A DNA stretch of 37,726 bases from an uncultured Gammaproteobacteria bacterium (GCA_963926275.1 CAWUWP010000117.1:1-37726); one strand, 5' to 3'; numbered from the stretch's first letter, positions 27,324 through 36,023 are shown. Notes: generated by a model not told the origin, from the sequence alone. Numbers and translations: made by a program.

Positions 27324-28835
27324 TTAAATATGCACGTATTTTGCTTCACTTGAATACAATTCATCTAGTGGTATTGATCTTCCTTGAGAGTTAACAATAT
27401 ACGCATGTTTTCTGCATAATTGACGAGGCTCTACGACACCACAAGAGTGGGCAATGACTCCTACTTCATAGACCATGTTTTTGACGTAATTACTTACACG
27501 CTGTGCCTTATTTTCTGGATTCAAGCCACTTTGCAGATCTTTGTCATGGGTGGTTATGCCGGTGGGGCAAGTGTTTTTATTGCATTGAAGTGCCTGAATA
27601 CAGCCGATGGAAAACATAAAGCCACGTGCTGATGTAATAAAGTCCGCACCTGTCGCTAGTGCCCATGCGACTTCGACTGGAGTAATTAATTTTCCTGAGG
27701 AGATAACTTTTATGCGATCACGAAGACCGTGTTCTTTTAATTTATTGATGAGTAGAGGCAGGCTTTGTTTTATAGGTAAACCCACGTTGTCCATTAAACT
27801 CATAGGCGCGGCACCTGTTCCTCCGTCTCCGCTATCTAATGTAATATAATCTGGTGCAGATTCTATTCCACGTTGATTTATTAGTTTGAATAGATCATCA
27901 AGCCAATCTCTGGCTCCTAAGACAGTTTTGAATCCTACGGGTTTGCCAGTTATGTCTCGAATTTTTTTTAGCATATCGAGTAATTCCTCAGCCGAACTGA
28001 CATCAATATGTCTATTAGGGCTAATAGAGTCGGCGCCTACAGGGATGCCACGGATTTTGGCAATTTCTTCATTGACTTTGGCGCCAGGTAAAATACCACC
28101 TTTCCCAGGTTTAGCACCTTGAGCAAGTTTTAATTCAAACATTTTCACCTGCTTGTGATCACTTACCGCTTTTAATTTCTCGGTATCTAATTTTCCTTCC
28201 TGATCACGAACACCATATTTTGCGGTGCCGATTTGGAAAACAATATCTGCTCCACCTTCTAGGTGGTAGGGGGATAGACCACCTTCACCGGTATTCATCC
28301 AGCATCCTGCCATGCGCGCACCGTTAGATAGCGCTAGTACAGCAGGTTTAGAAATTGCCCCAAAACTCATTCCTGAAATATTAATGATGGAACGTGTGGT
28401 GTAGGGTTGTTTGCAAGATTGTCCAATGGTGACTTCATGTGGCTCTGCAGAATCAATGCTTAATTTAGGGAAGGGGCAGTTACCAAAAATAATCGTGCCC
28501 GGTTTATAAAGGTCACATGTTGATCCAAATGCAATAGTGGAATCGATATCTTTAGATGCGCGATATACCCAAGATCTTTCTGCTCGATTAAACGGTAACT
28601 CTTCTCGGTCCATGGCAAAAAAATATTGGCGAAAGAATTCGCCCATATGTTCAAAGAGATAACGAAAGCGACCTATGACGGGGTAATTGTGTCGAATCGC
28701 TTGCTTTGTCTGTGAGCGATCAATGACATATAAAACAGCGACAAGAATAATGCCTGCGCCAATGATGAAAATAAATAGGAATGCTAAAATTTCAAGGGTG
28801 GTTAATGCGAATGTGGATATTTCATACATTTCCAT
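27324..28835 (-). CDS. Membrane-anchored FMN-binding glutamate synthase-domain (GltS FMN domain/YerD-like) oxidoreductase
   Basis: 503 aa. N-terminal TM helix (LEILAFLFIFIIGAGIILVAVLYVI). ISGMSFGAIS, NTGEGG, KLAQGAKPGKGGILPG, SPNRH, ITLDSGDGGTGAAP. Confidence 0.85.
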   Translation of the reverse strand: MEMYEISTFALTTLEILAFLFIFIIGAGIILVAVLYVIDRSQTKQAIRHNYPVIGRFRYLFEHMGEFFRQYFFAMDREELPFNRAERSWVYRASKDIDSTIAFGSTCDLYKPGTIIFGNCPFPKLSIDSAEPHEVTIGQSCKQPYTTRSIINISGMSFGAISKPAVLALSNGARMAGCWMNTGEGGLSPYHLEGGADIVFQIGTAKYGVRDQEGKLDTEKLKAVSDHKQVKMFELKLAQGAKPGKGGILPGAKVNEEIAKIRGIPVGADSISPNRHIDVSSAEELLDMLKKIRDITGKPVGFKTVLGARDWLDDLFKLINQRGIESAPDYITLDSGDGGTGAAPMSLMDNVGLPIKQSLPLLINKLKEHGLRDRIKVISSGKLITPVEVAWALATGADFITSARGFMFSIGCIQALQCNKNTCPTGITTHDKDLQSGLNPENKAQRVSNYVKNMVYEVGVIAHSCGVVEPRQLCRKHAYIVNSQGRSIPLDELYSSEAKYVHI

Positions 28836-28886
28836 TGGGACTCTCCAGCGTCTTATATTCGATACTTATTATATAACGTTAGGCGC

Positions 28887-28921
28887 AAAAAAAAATGGCG
28901 GGTCCTATTAAGGATCCCGCC
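28887..28921 (-). terminator. Rho-independent terminator downstream of the precursor-peptide gene
   Basis: On the minus strand: ggcgggatcc-ttaata-ggacccgcc followed by nine T. Confidence 0.8.
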
Positions 28922-28927
28922 GTTCCG

Positions 28928-28964
28928 ACACACTAGATTCGATAGCAACTAGAATCTAGTGTGT
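28928..28964 (-). other. Perfect 13-bp stem hairpin in the precursor 3' UTR
   Basis: acacactagattc (28928-28940) pairs perfectly with gaatctagtgtgt (28952-28964). 11-nt loop. Confidence 0.7.
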
Positions 28965-29005
28965 TGGTATCAATGCTGACACCTGTGGGGCTTGGTCGGT
29001 TGGGA

Positions 29006-29299
29006 TTAGCTCTCGCCGCACTTACCTTCACCACACTTACCTTCTTCCATTTTTTCGGCAGCAGCTTCACCTTCACCACATTTACCTTCACCACATTTAC
29101 CTTCTTCCATTTTTTCGGCAGCAGCTTTACCTTCGCCACATTTACCTTCTTCCATTTCAGCAACCATGTAGCCAGAAGAAAGCTCAGTTAAATCAAATGG
29201 GTTTGCATCAGCATTAGCAATAGGCATAGCCATTACACTTACTGTTAGAGCAGCGGCAACTGCTGCAGCGATGGGCTTAAGTTCAAATTTCTTAGACAT
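29006..29299 (-). CDS. Sec-exported RiPP precursor peptide with five EGKCGE motifs (HvfA/bufferin-like metallophore precursor)
   Basis: GGAG Shine-Dalgarno. Signal peptide MSKKFELKPIAAAVAAALTVSVMAMPIANA|DA. Acidic core ..EMEEGKCGEGKAAAEKMEEGKCGEGKCGEGEAAAEKMEEGKCGEGKCGES. Every Cys lies in EGKCGE. Confidence 0.85.
   Translation of the reverse strand: MSKKFELKPIAAAVAAALTVSVMAMPIANADANPFDLTELSSGYMVAEMEEGKCGEGKAAAEKMEEGKCGEGKCGEGEAAAEKMEEGKCGEGKCGES
29009..29158 (-). repeat. About 2.5 copies of a 60-bp in-frame tandem repeat encoding EKMEEGKCGEGKCGEGEAAA
   Basis: cttcttccattttttcggcagcagc recurs exactly 60 nt apart (29041 and 29101). The repeat lies inside the precursor CDS. Confidence 0.9.
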
Positions 29300-29411
29300 T
29301 TACTTTCTCCGTACTTGTTTATTTATGTGTTACTTAAAATTTTTGTTCAATTGTTGCTTCCTGACTATAAAGACCCTAGGTAGTGAGTTTATATTACAAG
29401 TTATAAGCACA

Positions 29412-29446
29412 AACCATTACCTTGCTATAAATAAGGTGAAATGGTT
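29412..29446. promoter_or_regulatory. Imperfect 35-bp inverted repeat between nth and the precursor gene
   Basis: aaccattacctt-gctataaat-aaggtgaaatggtt. Arms match except for a 2-nt bulge. Centred on an AT-rich TATAAA-like core about 130 bp upstream of the precursor ATG. Confidence 0.4.
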
Positions 29447-29512
29447 GCGGTTTTTAGAGTGAATAAAAACTATTGAGTTCCCACCCTATCTGATGATACC
29501 GGTATAACTTGA

Positions 29513-30145
29513 TCAGCCAGCTTTTTTAGAAAATTCACATAGATCATATATTGTACAAATTGTGCATTTGGGTTTGCGAGCAATGCAAGTATAACGACCA
29601 TGTAATATCAGCCAATGATGGGCATCGCGCTTAAATTCCTCAGGGACTAAACGTAGTAAACGTTTTTCTACCTCGATTACATTTTTGCCAGGAGCGATTC
29701 CGGTTCTATTGGACACCCTATATATATGAGTGTCGACGGCGATGGTGGGGTGTCCAAATGCTGTATTTAACACCACGTTGGCCGTTTTTCGTCCAACACC
29801 AGGTAGGGCCTCTAATGCGTCACGATTTTCTGGGACATGAGCATTATGTTTATCCATCAGAATTTTACAGGTATTAATAATGTTTTTAGCTTTTGTGTTG
29901 TAAAGACCGATGGTTTTCACATAGGCTTTCAATTTTTTCTCACCTAAGCTAAAAATTGCTTCAGGTGTGTTGGCAGCCTTAAACAGTGGGCCAATAGCTT
30001 TATTGACACTAATGTCAGTGGCTTGTGCCGACAGAATGACGGCAATGAGCAATTCAAAATTATTGCTATAGTTAAGCTCGGTCGTGGGATGTGGATTCAG
30101 TTCGCGTAAGCGGCTAAAAATTTCTGTGCGTTTAGTTTTGTTCAC
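29513..30145 (-). CDS. nth: Endonuclease III
   Basis: HhH-GPD (LEALPGVGRKTANVVLN, AVDTHI). C-terminal 4Fe-4S loop CIARKPKCTICTIYDLC. Confidence 0.95.
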   Translation of the reverse strand: MNKTKRTEIFSRLRELNPHPTTELNYSNNFELLIAVILSAQATDISVNKAIGPLFKAANTPEAIFSLGEKKLKAYVKTIGLYNTKAKNIINTCKILMDKHNAHVPENRDALEALPGVGRKTANVVLNTAFGHPTIAVDTHIYRVSNRTGIAPGKNVIEVEKRLLRLVPEEFKRDAHHWLILHGRYTCIARKPKCTICTIYDLCEFSKKAG

Positions 30146-30170
30146 AGTCTGAGAGATGGGTTGGAGTTAA

Positions 30171-30806
30171 TTATTTTTCTAATCGAGAGTTTTTGAGTGC
30201 CAGTAACTTATCAGCAAGTCCTTGCTTACTGTTAGATAAAAAAGTCTGCTGTTGAGATTTTTTATTTATTAGGCGTTGCTCACGAAATTTTATACGTTGT
30301 TTGCTTTTGCTAGTAAAATTTTTCTTAGCAGATCTGTGTTCTAGCATGTTAATCCCATAAGCAAAAGTTTGTGCTAATGGGATGTTGCTAGGACAGGCTG
30401 TATCGCATTTGCCACATTGAGTGCATGAGGCTAGCGACTGTTTTTCAGCATGGCTAAATTTCTTGCCACGAATGTTGGCGTATAAAGATTCTGGATTTAA
30501 TTGACTCGGGCAGACAGGGATACAATCATTGCAATGGATGCAAGCTTTGTGGTCGCTGAATTTCGGAACGCTGGGTTGAATTTTTTCTAGCGCATGATTA
30601 GATTGCATTGAAATGCAATCAACCGGGCAAGGCTCAATGCATAGTTTACAGCCTGTGCACAATTGCTTGATCACACTATGAAGTTGTTTCGACGCACCTA
30701 GAATGGCATCAAACGGACAGGCTTTAATGCAAAGTGTGCAACCAATGCAGCGATCTTCATCTATAACAGCGAGTGTTTTGCTAAATGAGATCGGCGTTGA
30801 TTGCAT
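30171..30806 (-). CDS. Polyferredoxin, RnfB/RsxB C-terminal-like (four CxxCxxCxxxCP motifs)
   Basis: [48 protein letters not shown]. Start taken at MQSTPISF, downstream of the metG stop. Confidence 0.8.
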   Translation of the reverse strand: MQSTPISFSKTLAVIDEDRCIGCTLCIKACPFDAILGASKQLHSVIKQLCTGCKLCIEPCPVDCISMQSNHALEKIQPSVPKFSDHKACIHCNDCIPVCPSQLNPESLYANIRGKKFSHAEKQSLASCTQCGKCDTACPSNIPLAQTFAYGINMLEHRSAKKNFTSKSKQRIKFREQRLINKKSQQQTFLSNSKQGLADKLLALKNSRLEK

Positions 30807-30813
30807 ATGAAAT

Positions 30814-32853
30814 TTACTTGACGCGCATTCCTGGTGTTGCACCATCGTCAGGATGAATTATAAATAATCCACTATCAGTGCCGCTGGCCGCGATGACCAT
30901 GCCTTCGGATAAACCAAAACGCATTTTACGTGGAGCAAGGTTGGCTACCATTACTACCAGCTTCCCTTCTAGGTCTTCTGGTTTGTACGCGCTTTTGATA
31001 CCCGCAAATACATTTTTCTGTAAGCCACCAGTAGGCTCGCCAAGATCTAAAGTGAGTTGCAATAATTTGTCAGCGCCTTCTACATGCTGTGCTTTTGCGA
31101 TACGTGCTATGCGTAAATCGAGTTTGGAGAAATCATCAAATGAAATTTCATCACTGATAGGATCGCTGGCTTTGGGTGCAGCATCTTGCTTTGTTTCTTC
31201 GGTTATTTTTTCTATGGCTTCTTTTTCGATGCGTGTAATCAGTGGTTTGAATTTATTTATCTCATGGCCTTCGGGGAAAGGTAGATCACTAGCCAAATCA
31301 TCCCAGCTAATTTCTGTATTTAAAAAGACTTCAGATTTTTGTGCCAACTCAGGCATGACTGGTTTTAAATAACCAATTAATAAGTGAAACATGTTGATGC
31401 CAAAACTGCATACTTGATGAACTTCTTCTTTGTTGGCTTCGTCTTTAATGCGTTCCCAAGGTTTGTTTTTGTCTATTACTTGGTTGGCAGTATCTGCTAT
31501 AGCCATAATGATTCTCATGGCTTCAGAATATTTTCTTTCTTCATAACATGTTTTAATTGCATCATTTCTATTAACTGCAGCTGTGTATGTTTCCTCTCCA
31601 TCTGGAACAGAAATTTGATCAGTCAGTTTCGAATCAAACTTTTTATTTATAAATCCTGCGCAGCGGCTAGCAATGTTTACTAGTTTTCCAACCACGTCGC
31701 TGTTCACGCGCTGTTGGAAGTCTTCAAGATTCAAATCAATATCAGCAATACCATCGTTTAATTTTGCGGCATAGTAATAGCGCAAGTACTCAGGTTGTAA
31801 GTGATTCAAATAAGTACGCGCTTTAATAAAGGTGCCGCGCGACTTAGACATTTTCTTGCCGTTAACCGTCAAAAAGCCATGGCAGTAAACACTGGTGGGT
31901 GTGCGCCAACCCGAGCCCATTAATGTTGCTGGCCAAAATAAAGTATGGAAATAAGCGATATCTTTTCCTATGAAATGATAAAGCTCTGCATCGCTATCAG
32001 GCTTCCAAAACGAATCGAAATCTTCGCCAGTACGATCACAGTAATTTTTAAAGCTGGCCATGTAACCAATCGGTGCATCTAGCCATACATAAAAGTATTT
32101 GCCTGGGGCATCTGGAATTTCAAATCCAAAATAAGGTGCGTCGCGTGAGATATCCCAGTCCTTTAATCCATCCTCAAACCATTCTGAAATTTTATTAGCA
32201 ATTTCTGATTGTAGACTGCCAGATTGAGTCCACTCTTTTAACGCCGGCTCTAATGTGCTGAGTTTGAAAAAGTAATGTAGATTTTCTTTTTCTATTGGCT
32301 TAGCACCACTTAGTGCGGAACGTGGGTTAATTAAATCTGATGGTGTGTAGGTGGCACCGCAGACTTCGCAGTTATCACCATACTGTTCTTCTGCCTTACA
32401 TTTCGGACAGGTGCCGCGAACAAAGCGGTCAGGTAAAAAAACTTTTTCGTCTGGGTCAAATAAATCAGTGACTGTCTTGGTGCTGATATAGTCATTTTTC
32501 TGCAACTCTTTGAACATGCTGGTTGCAAAATGTTTATTTTCTTCTGAGTGGGTGCTGTGGAAATTATCAAAATTTACATGGAAATCAGCAAAATCCTGCT
32601 CATGTTCTTGTTTGGTTTTGGCAATAAGCTGTTCGGGTGTGATGCCCTCTTGTTGAGCGCGAATCATTATTGGCGTGCCATGAGCATCGTCTGCACAGAC
32701 ATAAATACATTGGTGACCACACATTTTTTGAAAGCGCGTCCATATATCCGTCTGAATGTACTCTACGAGATGGCCTAAATGGATAGATCCATTCGCGTAA
32801 GGAAGTGCGCTAGTGACTAAAATTCTTCGATTATTCACGTGTTTACAGAACAT
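30814..32853 (-). CDS. metG: Methionine--tRNA ligase
   Basis: [18 protein letters not shown], Zn knuckles CPKC/CEVCG, KMSKS, C-terminal tRNA-binding (EMAP/Trbp111-like) domain. Confidence 0.97.
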   Translation of the reverse strand: MFCKHVNNRRILVTSALPYANGSIHLGHLVEYIQTDIWTRFQKMCGHQCIYVCADDAHGTPIMIRAQQEGITPEQLIAKTKQEHEQDFADFHVNFDNFHSTHSEENKHFATSMFKELQKNDYISTKTVTDLFDPDEKVFLPDRFVRGTCPKCKAEEQYGDNCEVCGATYTPSDLINPRSALSGAKPIEKENLHYFFKLSTLEPALKEWTQSGSLQSEIANKISEWFEDGLKDWDISRDAPYFGFEIPDAPGKYFYVWLDAPIGYMASFKNYCDRTGEDFDSFWKPDSDAELYHFIGKDIAYFHTLFWPATLMGSGWRTPTSVYCHGFLTVNGKKMSKSRGTFIKARTYLNHLQPEYLRYYYAAKLNDGIADIDLNLEDFQQRVNSDVVGKLVNIASRCAGFINKKFDSKLTDQISVPDGEETYTAAVNRNDAIKTCYEERKYSEAMRIIMAIADTANQVIDKNKPWERIKDEANKEEVHQVCSFGINMFHLLIGYLKPVMPELAQKSEVFLNTEISWDDLASDLPFPEGHEINKFKPLITRIEKEAIEKITEETKQDAAPKASDPISDEISFDDFSKLDLRIARIAKAQHVEGADKLLQLTLDLGEPTGGLQKNVFAGIKSAYKPEDLEGKLVVMVANLAPRKMRFGLSEGMVIAASGTDSGLFIIHPDDGATPGMRVK

Positions 32854-33009
32854 ATTGCTTAATGAGGGCGTACCTTACCAGCTTCCTAAAAGTGCGGCTA
32901 GATAGATTGCCTATCGACTTAATATCTCAATCAGGAGCTAGGAATGAGCCTGCTGGGGTGTTTAACTGCACTCCATTTTAGAACATTAGTCACCAAGAGG
33001 ATTCATCCA

Positions 33010-34101
33010 ATGGCAAGCGTTAGCCCACAGCAAGTAGAAGACACCCTAAAGAACATAGAAGACCCCAATGTAGGCAAGAGCATCGTTGCTGCTAAATGGG
33101 TGAAAGACATTAGTGTGGATGGCGATAAAGTCAGCATCAATATTGAGTTTGGCTATCCGGCTAAGAGCATGCTGGAGGAATTTTCTGAAAAAATAGGCAA
33201 TGAAGTCAGTAAGTTAGAGGGTGTCGCCGATGTCGACATTACCATTGGTTGGAAAATTCAGGCTCATGCAGTTCAGAAGAGTCTTAAGCCAATGGAGAAC
33301 ATCAAGAATGTTATTGCTGTCGCATCAGGTAAAGGCGGTGTGGGTAAATCAACCACCGCGGTTAATTTAGCGTTGGCATTAGCGGCGGAAGGTGCCTCGG
33401 TAGGGATTCTTGATGCTGATATTTATGGCCCTAGTCAGCCGCGTATGCTGGGTCTTTCTGGGCAGCCAGAATCCAGTGATGGCAAGAGTTTGGAGCCAAT
33501 GGTTGCACACGGCCTACAGGCCATGTCGATTGGTTTCTTGATTGATGAAGAAACTCCAATGATTTGGCGTGGACCCATGGTGACGCAGGCATTAGAACAA
33601 TTACTTAACGATACGCGCTGGAGAGATATCGATTACTTGGTGGTTGATTTACCTCCTGGTACGGGTGATGTGCACTTAACACTTGCTCAGAAAATACCAG
33701 TAAGTGGAGCAGTGATTGTCACCACACCACAAGATATTGCTTTGTTGGATGCGCGCAAAGGCTTGAAGATGTTTGAAAAGGTCGAAGTGCCGGTGTTAGG
33801 TATTGTTGAGAATATGAGCCTGCACATTTGTAGTGAGTGTAGCCATGAAGAAGCTATTTTCGGTACCGGTGGTGGCGAAAAAATGGCAGAGGAAAGCGAT
33901 GTTGAATTGCTGGGTAAGTTACCACTCGATATGAGCATTCGTGAGCAAGTCGATGGTGGTCAGCCAACAGTGATCTCGTTTCCAGATAGCCGGGTAAGCC
34001 AGATATATAAGGAAATTGCACGAAAAACAGCCGCAAAATTGGCCGTGAAAAGTAAAGACTATAGTGCTAAATTCCCTAAAATCGTTATTCAGAATACCTA
34101 A
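33010..34101 (+). CDS. apbC: Fe-S cluster carrier ATPase Mrp/ApbC
   Basis: Start taken at MASVSPQQ. N-terminal DUF59-like domain. Deviant Walker A SGKGGVGKST. CSECSHE (CxxC) motif. Divergent from metG, as in enterics. Confidence 0.93.
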   Translation: MASVSPQQVEDTLKNIEDPNVGKSIVAAKWVKDISVDGDKVSINIEFGYPAKSMLEEFSEKIGNEVSKLEGVADVDITIGWKIQAHAVQKSLKPMENIKNVIAVASGKGGVGKSTTAVNLALALAAEGASVGILDADIYGPSQPRMLGLSGQPESSDGKSLEPMVAHGLQAMSIGFLIDEETPMIWRGPMVTQALEQLLNDTRWRDIDYLVVDLPPGTGDVHLTLAQKIPVSGAVIVTTPQDIALLDARKGLKMFEKVEVPVLGIVENMSLHICSECSHEEAIFGTGGGEKMAEESDVELLGKLPLDMSIREQVDGGQPTVISFPDSRVSQIYKEIARKTAAKLAVKSKDYSAKFPKIVIQNT

Positions 34102-34121
34102 TACCTATAAAAACGTGCTCA

Positions 34122-34607
34122 ATGTTTCGTATTATTGTTAGCTTAATCAGCTTAACTTTATTAGTTGCCAGTTGTGCGGGACCGCTTTCAAAGCCACTGA
34201 TTGAACCCATTGTTCAGGTGCGTGGCTTAGAAATTGTCGAGGCAACATTGGGTGGTATCGACGCAATTGTGACACTAGATATCGATAATCCTAATGATGT
34301 TCGATTGAGTGCGCGTGGATTGAGCTATGAAGTATTTGTCTCCGACAATAAATTGGTCACCGGCCAAGATGATAACTCTATTTCTGTGCCTGCATTGGGA
34401 CGAGAAACACTTGAGTTGCCTGTACGGCTATCCTATTTTGGGATTATAGAAGTATTACCTGAAGTGCTAAAAACAGGTACTGCTGATTACACAGTTAAGG
34501 GTAATATCAAAACATCAATTTTTAATTACGCAATTCCATTTTCTAAACAAATGGCAATTTTAAATTGCCATTTGTTTCACCATTTAAATAAACCCTATGT
34601 CGATTAA
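34122..34607 (+). CDS. LEA type-2 / WHy-domain lipoprotein
   Basis: Lipobox [33 protein letters not shown].....Y.V.....L..G pattern of LEA_2. Overlaps the dcd start by 11 nt. Confidence 0.7.
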   Translation: MFRIIVSLISLTLLVASCAGPLSKPLIEPIVQVRGLEIVEATLGGIDAIVTLDIDNPNDVRLSARGLSYEVFVSDNKLVTGQDDNSISVPALGRETLELPVRLSYFGIIEVLPEVLKTGTADYTVKGNIKTSIFNYAIPFSKQMAILNCHLFHHLNKPYVD

Positions 34608-35163
34608 ATCGGATCGCTGGATTCGTCAAATGGCGGATGAGCAACAAATGATTGAGCCTTTTGTTGCCGGCCAAGTAAAACAAGCCAATGATAAAAAGAT
34701 TATTTCCTATGGCACTTCTAGCTATGGATATGATGTACGTTGCTCAAATCACTTTAAAATATTTACCAACATCAACTCTGCCATTGTTGACCCTAAAGCA
34801 TTTAATCCAGAAAGCTTTGTCGATTTTGAAGGAGAGGTATGTATTATTCCACCTAATTCATTTGCTCTCGCGAGTACGGTGGAATACTTTCGTATTCCAC
34901 GATCTGTGTTGACAGTGTGCTTGGGTAAGTCTACTTATGCGCGTTGCGGCATTATTGTTAATGTCACTCCGTTGGAACCAGAGTGGGAAGGGCACGTCAC
35001 TTTAGAGTTTTCAAATACCACACCCTTGCCAGCAAAAATTTATGCCAACGAAGGTGTTGCTCAAATGCTGTTCTTTGAATCTGATGAAGTATGCGAAACT
35101 TCGTATAAAGACCGTGGTGGTAAATATCAAGGCCAAACTGGAGTCACCCTGCCAAAAGCGTAG
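34597..35163 (+). CDS. dcd: dCTP deaminase
   Basis: [61 protein letters not shown]. 188 aa. Confidence 0.96.
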   Translation: MSIKSDRWIRQMADEQQMIEPFVAGQVKQANDKKIISYGTSSYGYDVRCSNHFKIFTNINSAIVDPKAFNPESFVDFEGEVCIIPPNSFALASTVEYFRIPRSVLTVCLGKSTYARCGIIVNVTPLEPEWEGHVTLEFSNTTPLPAKIYANEGVAQMLFFESDEVCETSYKDRGGKYQGQTGVTLPKA

Positions 35164-35325
35164 CCTTCCGCAAGCTTTCGCCAACACTCATTTCCTCTCT
35201 AGAAAATTTCACTCTACATCACTTTGTTCAACTTGATGTAGTGTCGTCCTATCAAATTGCAATTATTTATGTCCCGGATTGGGATGTTCTTAAAATAATA
35301 AATAAGTGAGAAGGGGTTTGTTGGC

Positions 35326-35511
35326 ATGAAAAAAATCAAGGCATGCGTATTGAATGTATACGGAACATTTTAGATACTTAATCTTCCCCTTGAAAGATGT
35401 AAAGACCAGTTAGGAAAGCACGCGTTAGTTATTTTTAAATTATGGCGAGCTAAGCGCCTGCAGTATTCATCTAAATATGAGGTTATCGTGTCGAATATCA
35501 GGGTTTATTGA
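35326..35511 (+). pseudogene. Remnant of a type II haloacid dehalogenase (HAD) gene with an in-frame TAG and truncation
   Basis: MKKIKACVLNVYGTF*ILNLP..LGKHALVIFKLWRAKRLQYSSKY parallels the HAD-II N-terminus (IKA.VFDAYGTLFDV......WRQKQLEYSW). Stop at 35371-35373 and the frame ends at 35511, whereas full-length enzymes run to about 220-230 aa. Confidence 0.5.
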
Positions 35512-35728
35512 AAATAATAAAACCCAAGATTAGTTTGATTAAACCACAAGAAATAGTGAGTGCGTTATCGCAAGATGAGACATTGGCTGAGGTGGCTAAG
35601 CAAGTTGAAGAAAAAACTATCCAAATGGCTGACCAGGCAAGCTAGCAATACTTATATCGGTAGCAATAACAGAGCACTTGATGCGGAGTCTCGAGTTAAT
35701 AAATAACTCGCTTGCTTGCTGTTCTAGA

Positions 35729-35965
35729 TTACTTGAGCTTGGACGCCCATATGGCAAGCCTATGTCGCATAGATTGTTGTGAGATTTGATCTGGGGGAAT
35801 GGCTTGGATGACTTTGTCATGCACAAGTAATCTATAAATGTATTCTATTTTTTCACTGGCTGAATCTGTCGCCTCAAACTCAACTACTCCTCTTTGTTCG
35901 CCATAGTTAACACCTGCAGCGATAGCTTTTTTAATTAGCTCTTTTTCGTTTTTAAGTTTCTTCAT
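35729..35965 (-). CDS. Hypothetical 78-aa protein (possibly a fragment)
   Basis: ORF only. It overlaps an alternative-frame ORF (35617-35826) whose product has a resolvase-type HTH-like stretch (GRPSSSNLEQQASEL...SVIATDISIASL). This may reflect a frameshifted small gene. Confidence 0.3.
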   Translation of the reverse strand: MKKLKNEKELIKKAIAAGVNYGEQRGVVEFEATDSASEKIEYIYRLLVHDKVIQAIPPDQISQQSMRHRLAIWASKLK

Positions 35966-36023
35966 AACAAAATTGTATTAGTTTTTAATGTCTTCTATCC
36001 AAAATTTTTCAGGAACAAGTTAT

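Noticed and set aside
29009-29158. Regular 60-bp periodicity that could suggest a CRISPR-like array
   Set aside because: There are only about 2.5 directly abutting copies, no unique spacers, and the repeat is in frame within a CDS. It is a coding tandem repeat.
28933-29191. Two 76-aa ORFs, one per strand, with striking periodic sequences (KVNVVKVKLLPKKWKK.. and FTFTTFTFFHFFGSS..)
   Set aside because: They are alternative-frame or antisense readings of the 60-bp tandem repeat. Only the 29006-29299 minus frame has an SD, a signal peptide and a terminator.
32944-33009. 22-codon N-terminal extension of the apbC/mrp ORF
   Set aside because: The extension (MSLLGCLTALHFRTLVTKRIHP) has no counterpart in Mrp/ApbC proteins. 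The Met at 33010 matches the usual N-terminus.
35164-35965. Possible insertion sequence or integrase remnant
   Set aside because: I could see no transposase or integrase-length ORF, no terminal inverted repeats and no flanking direct repeats. Only a weak HTH-like stretch is present.
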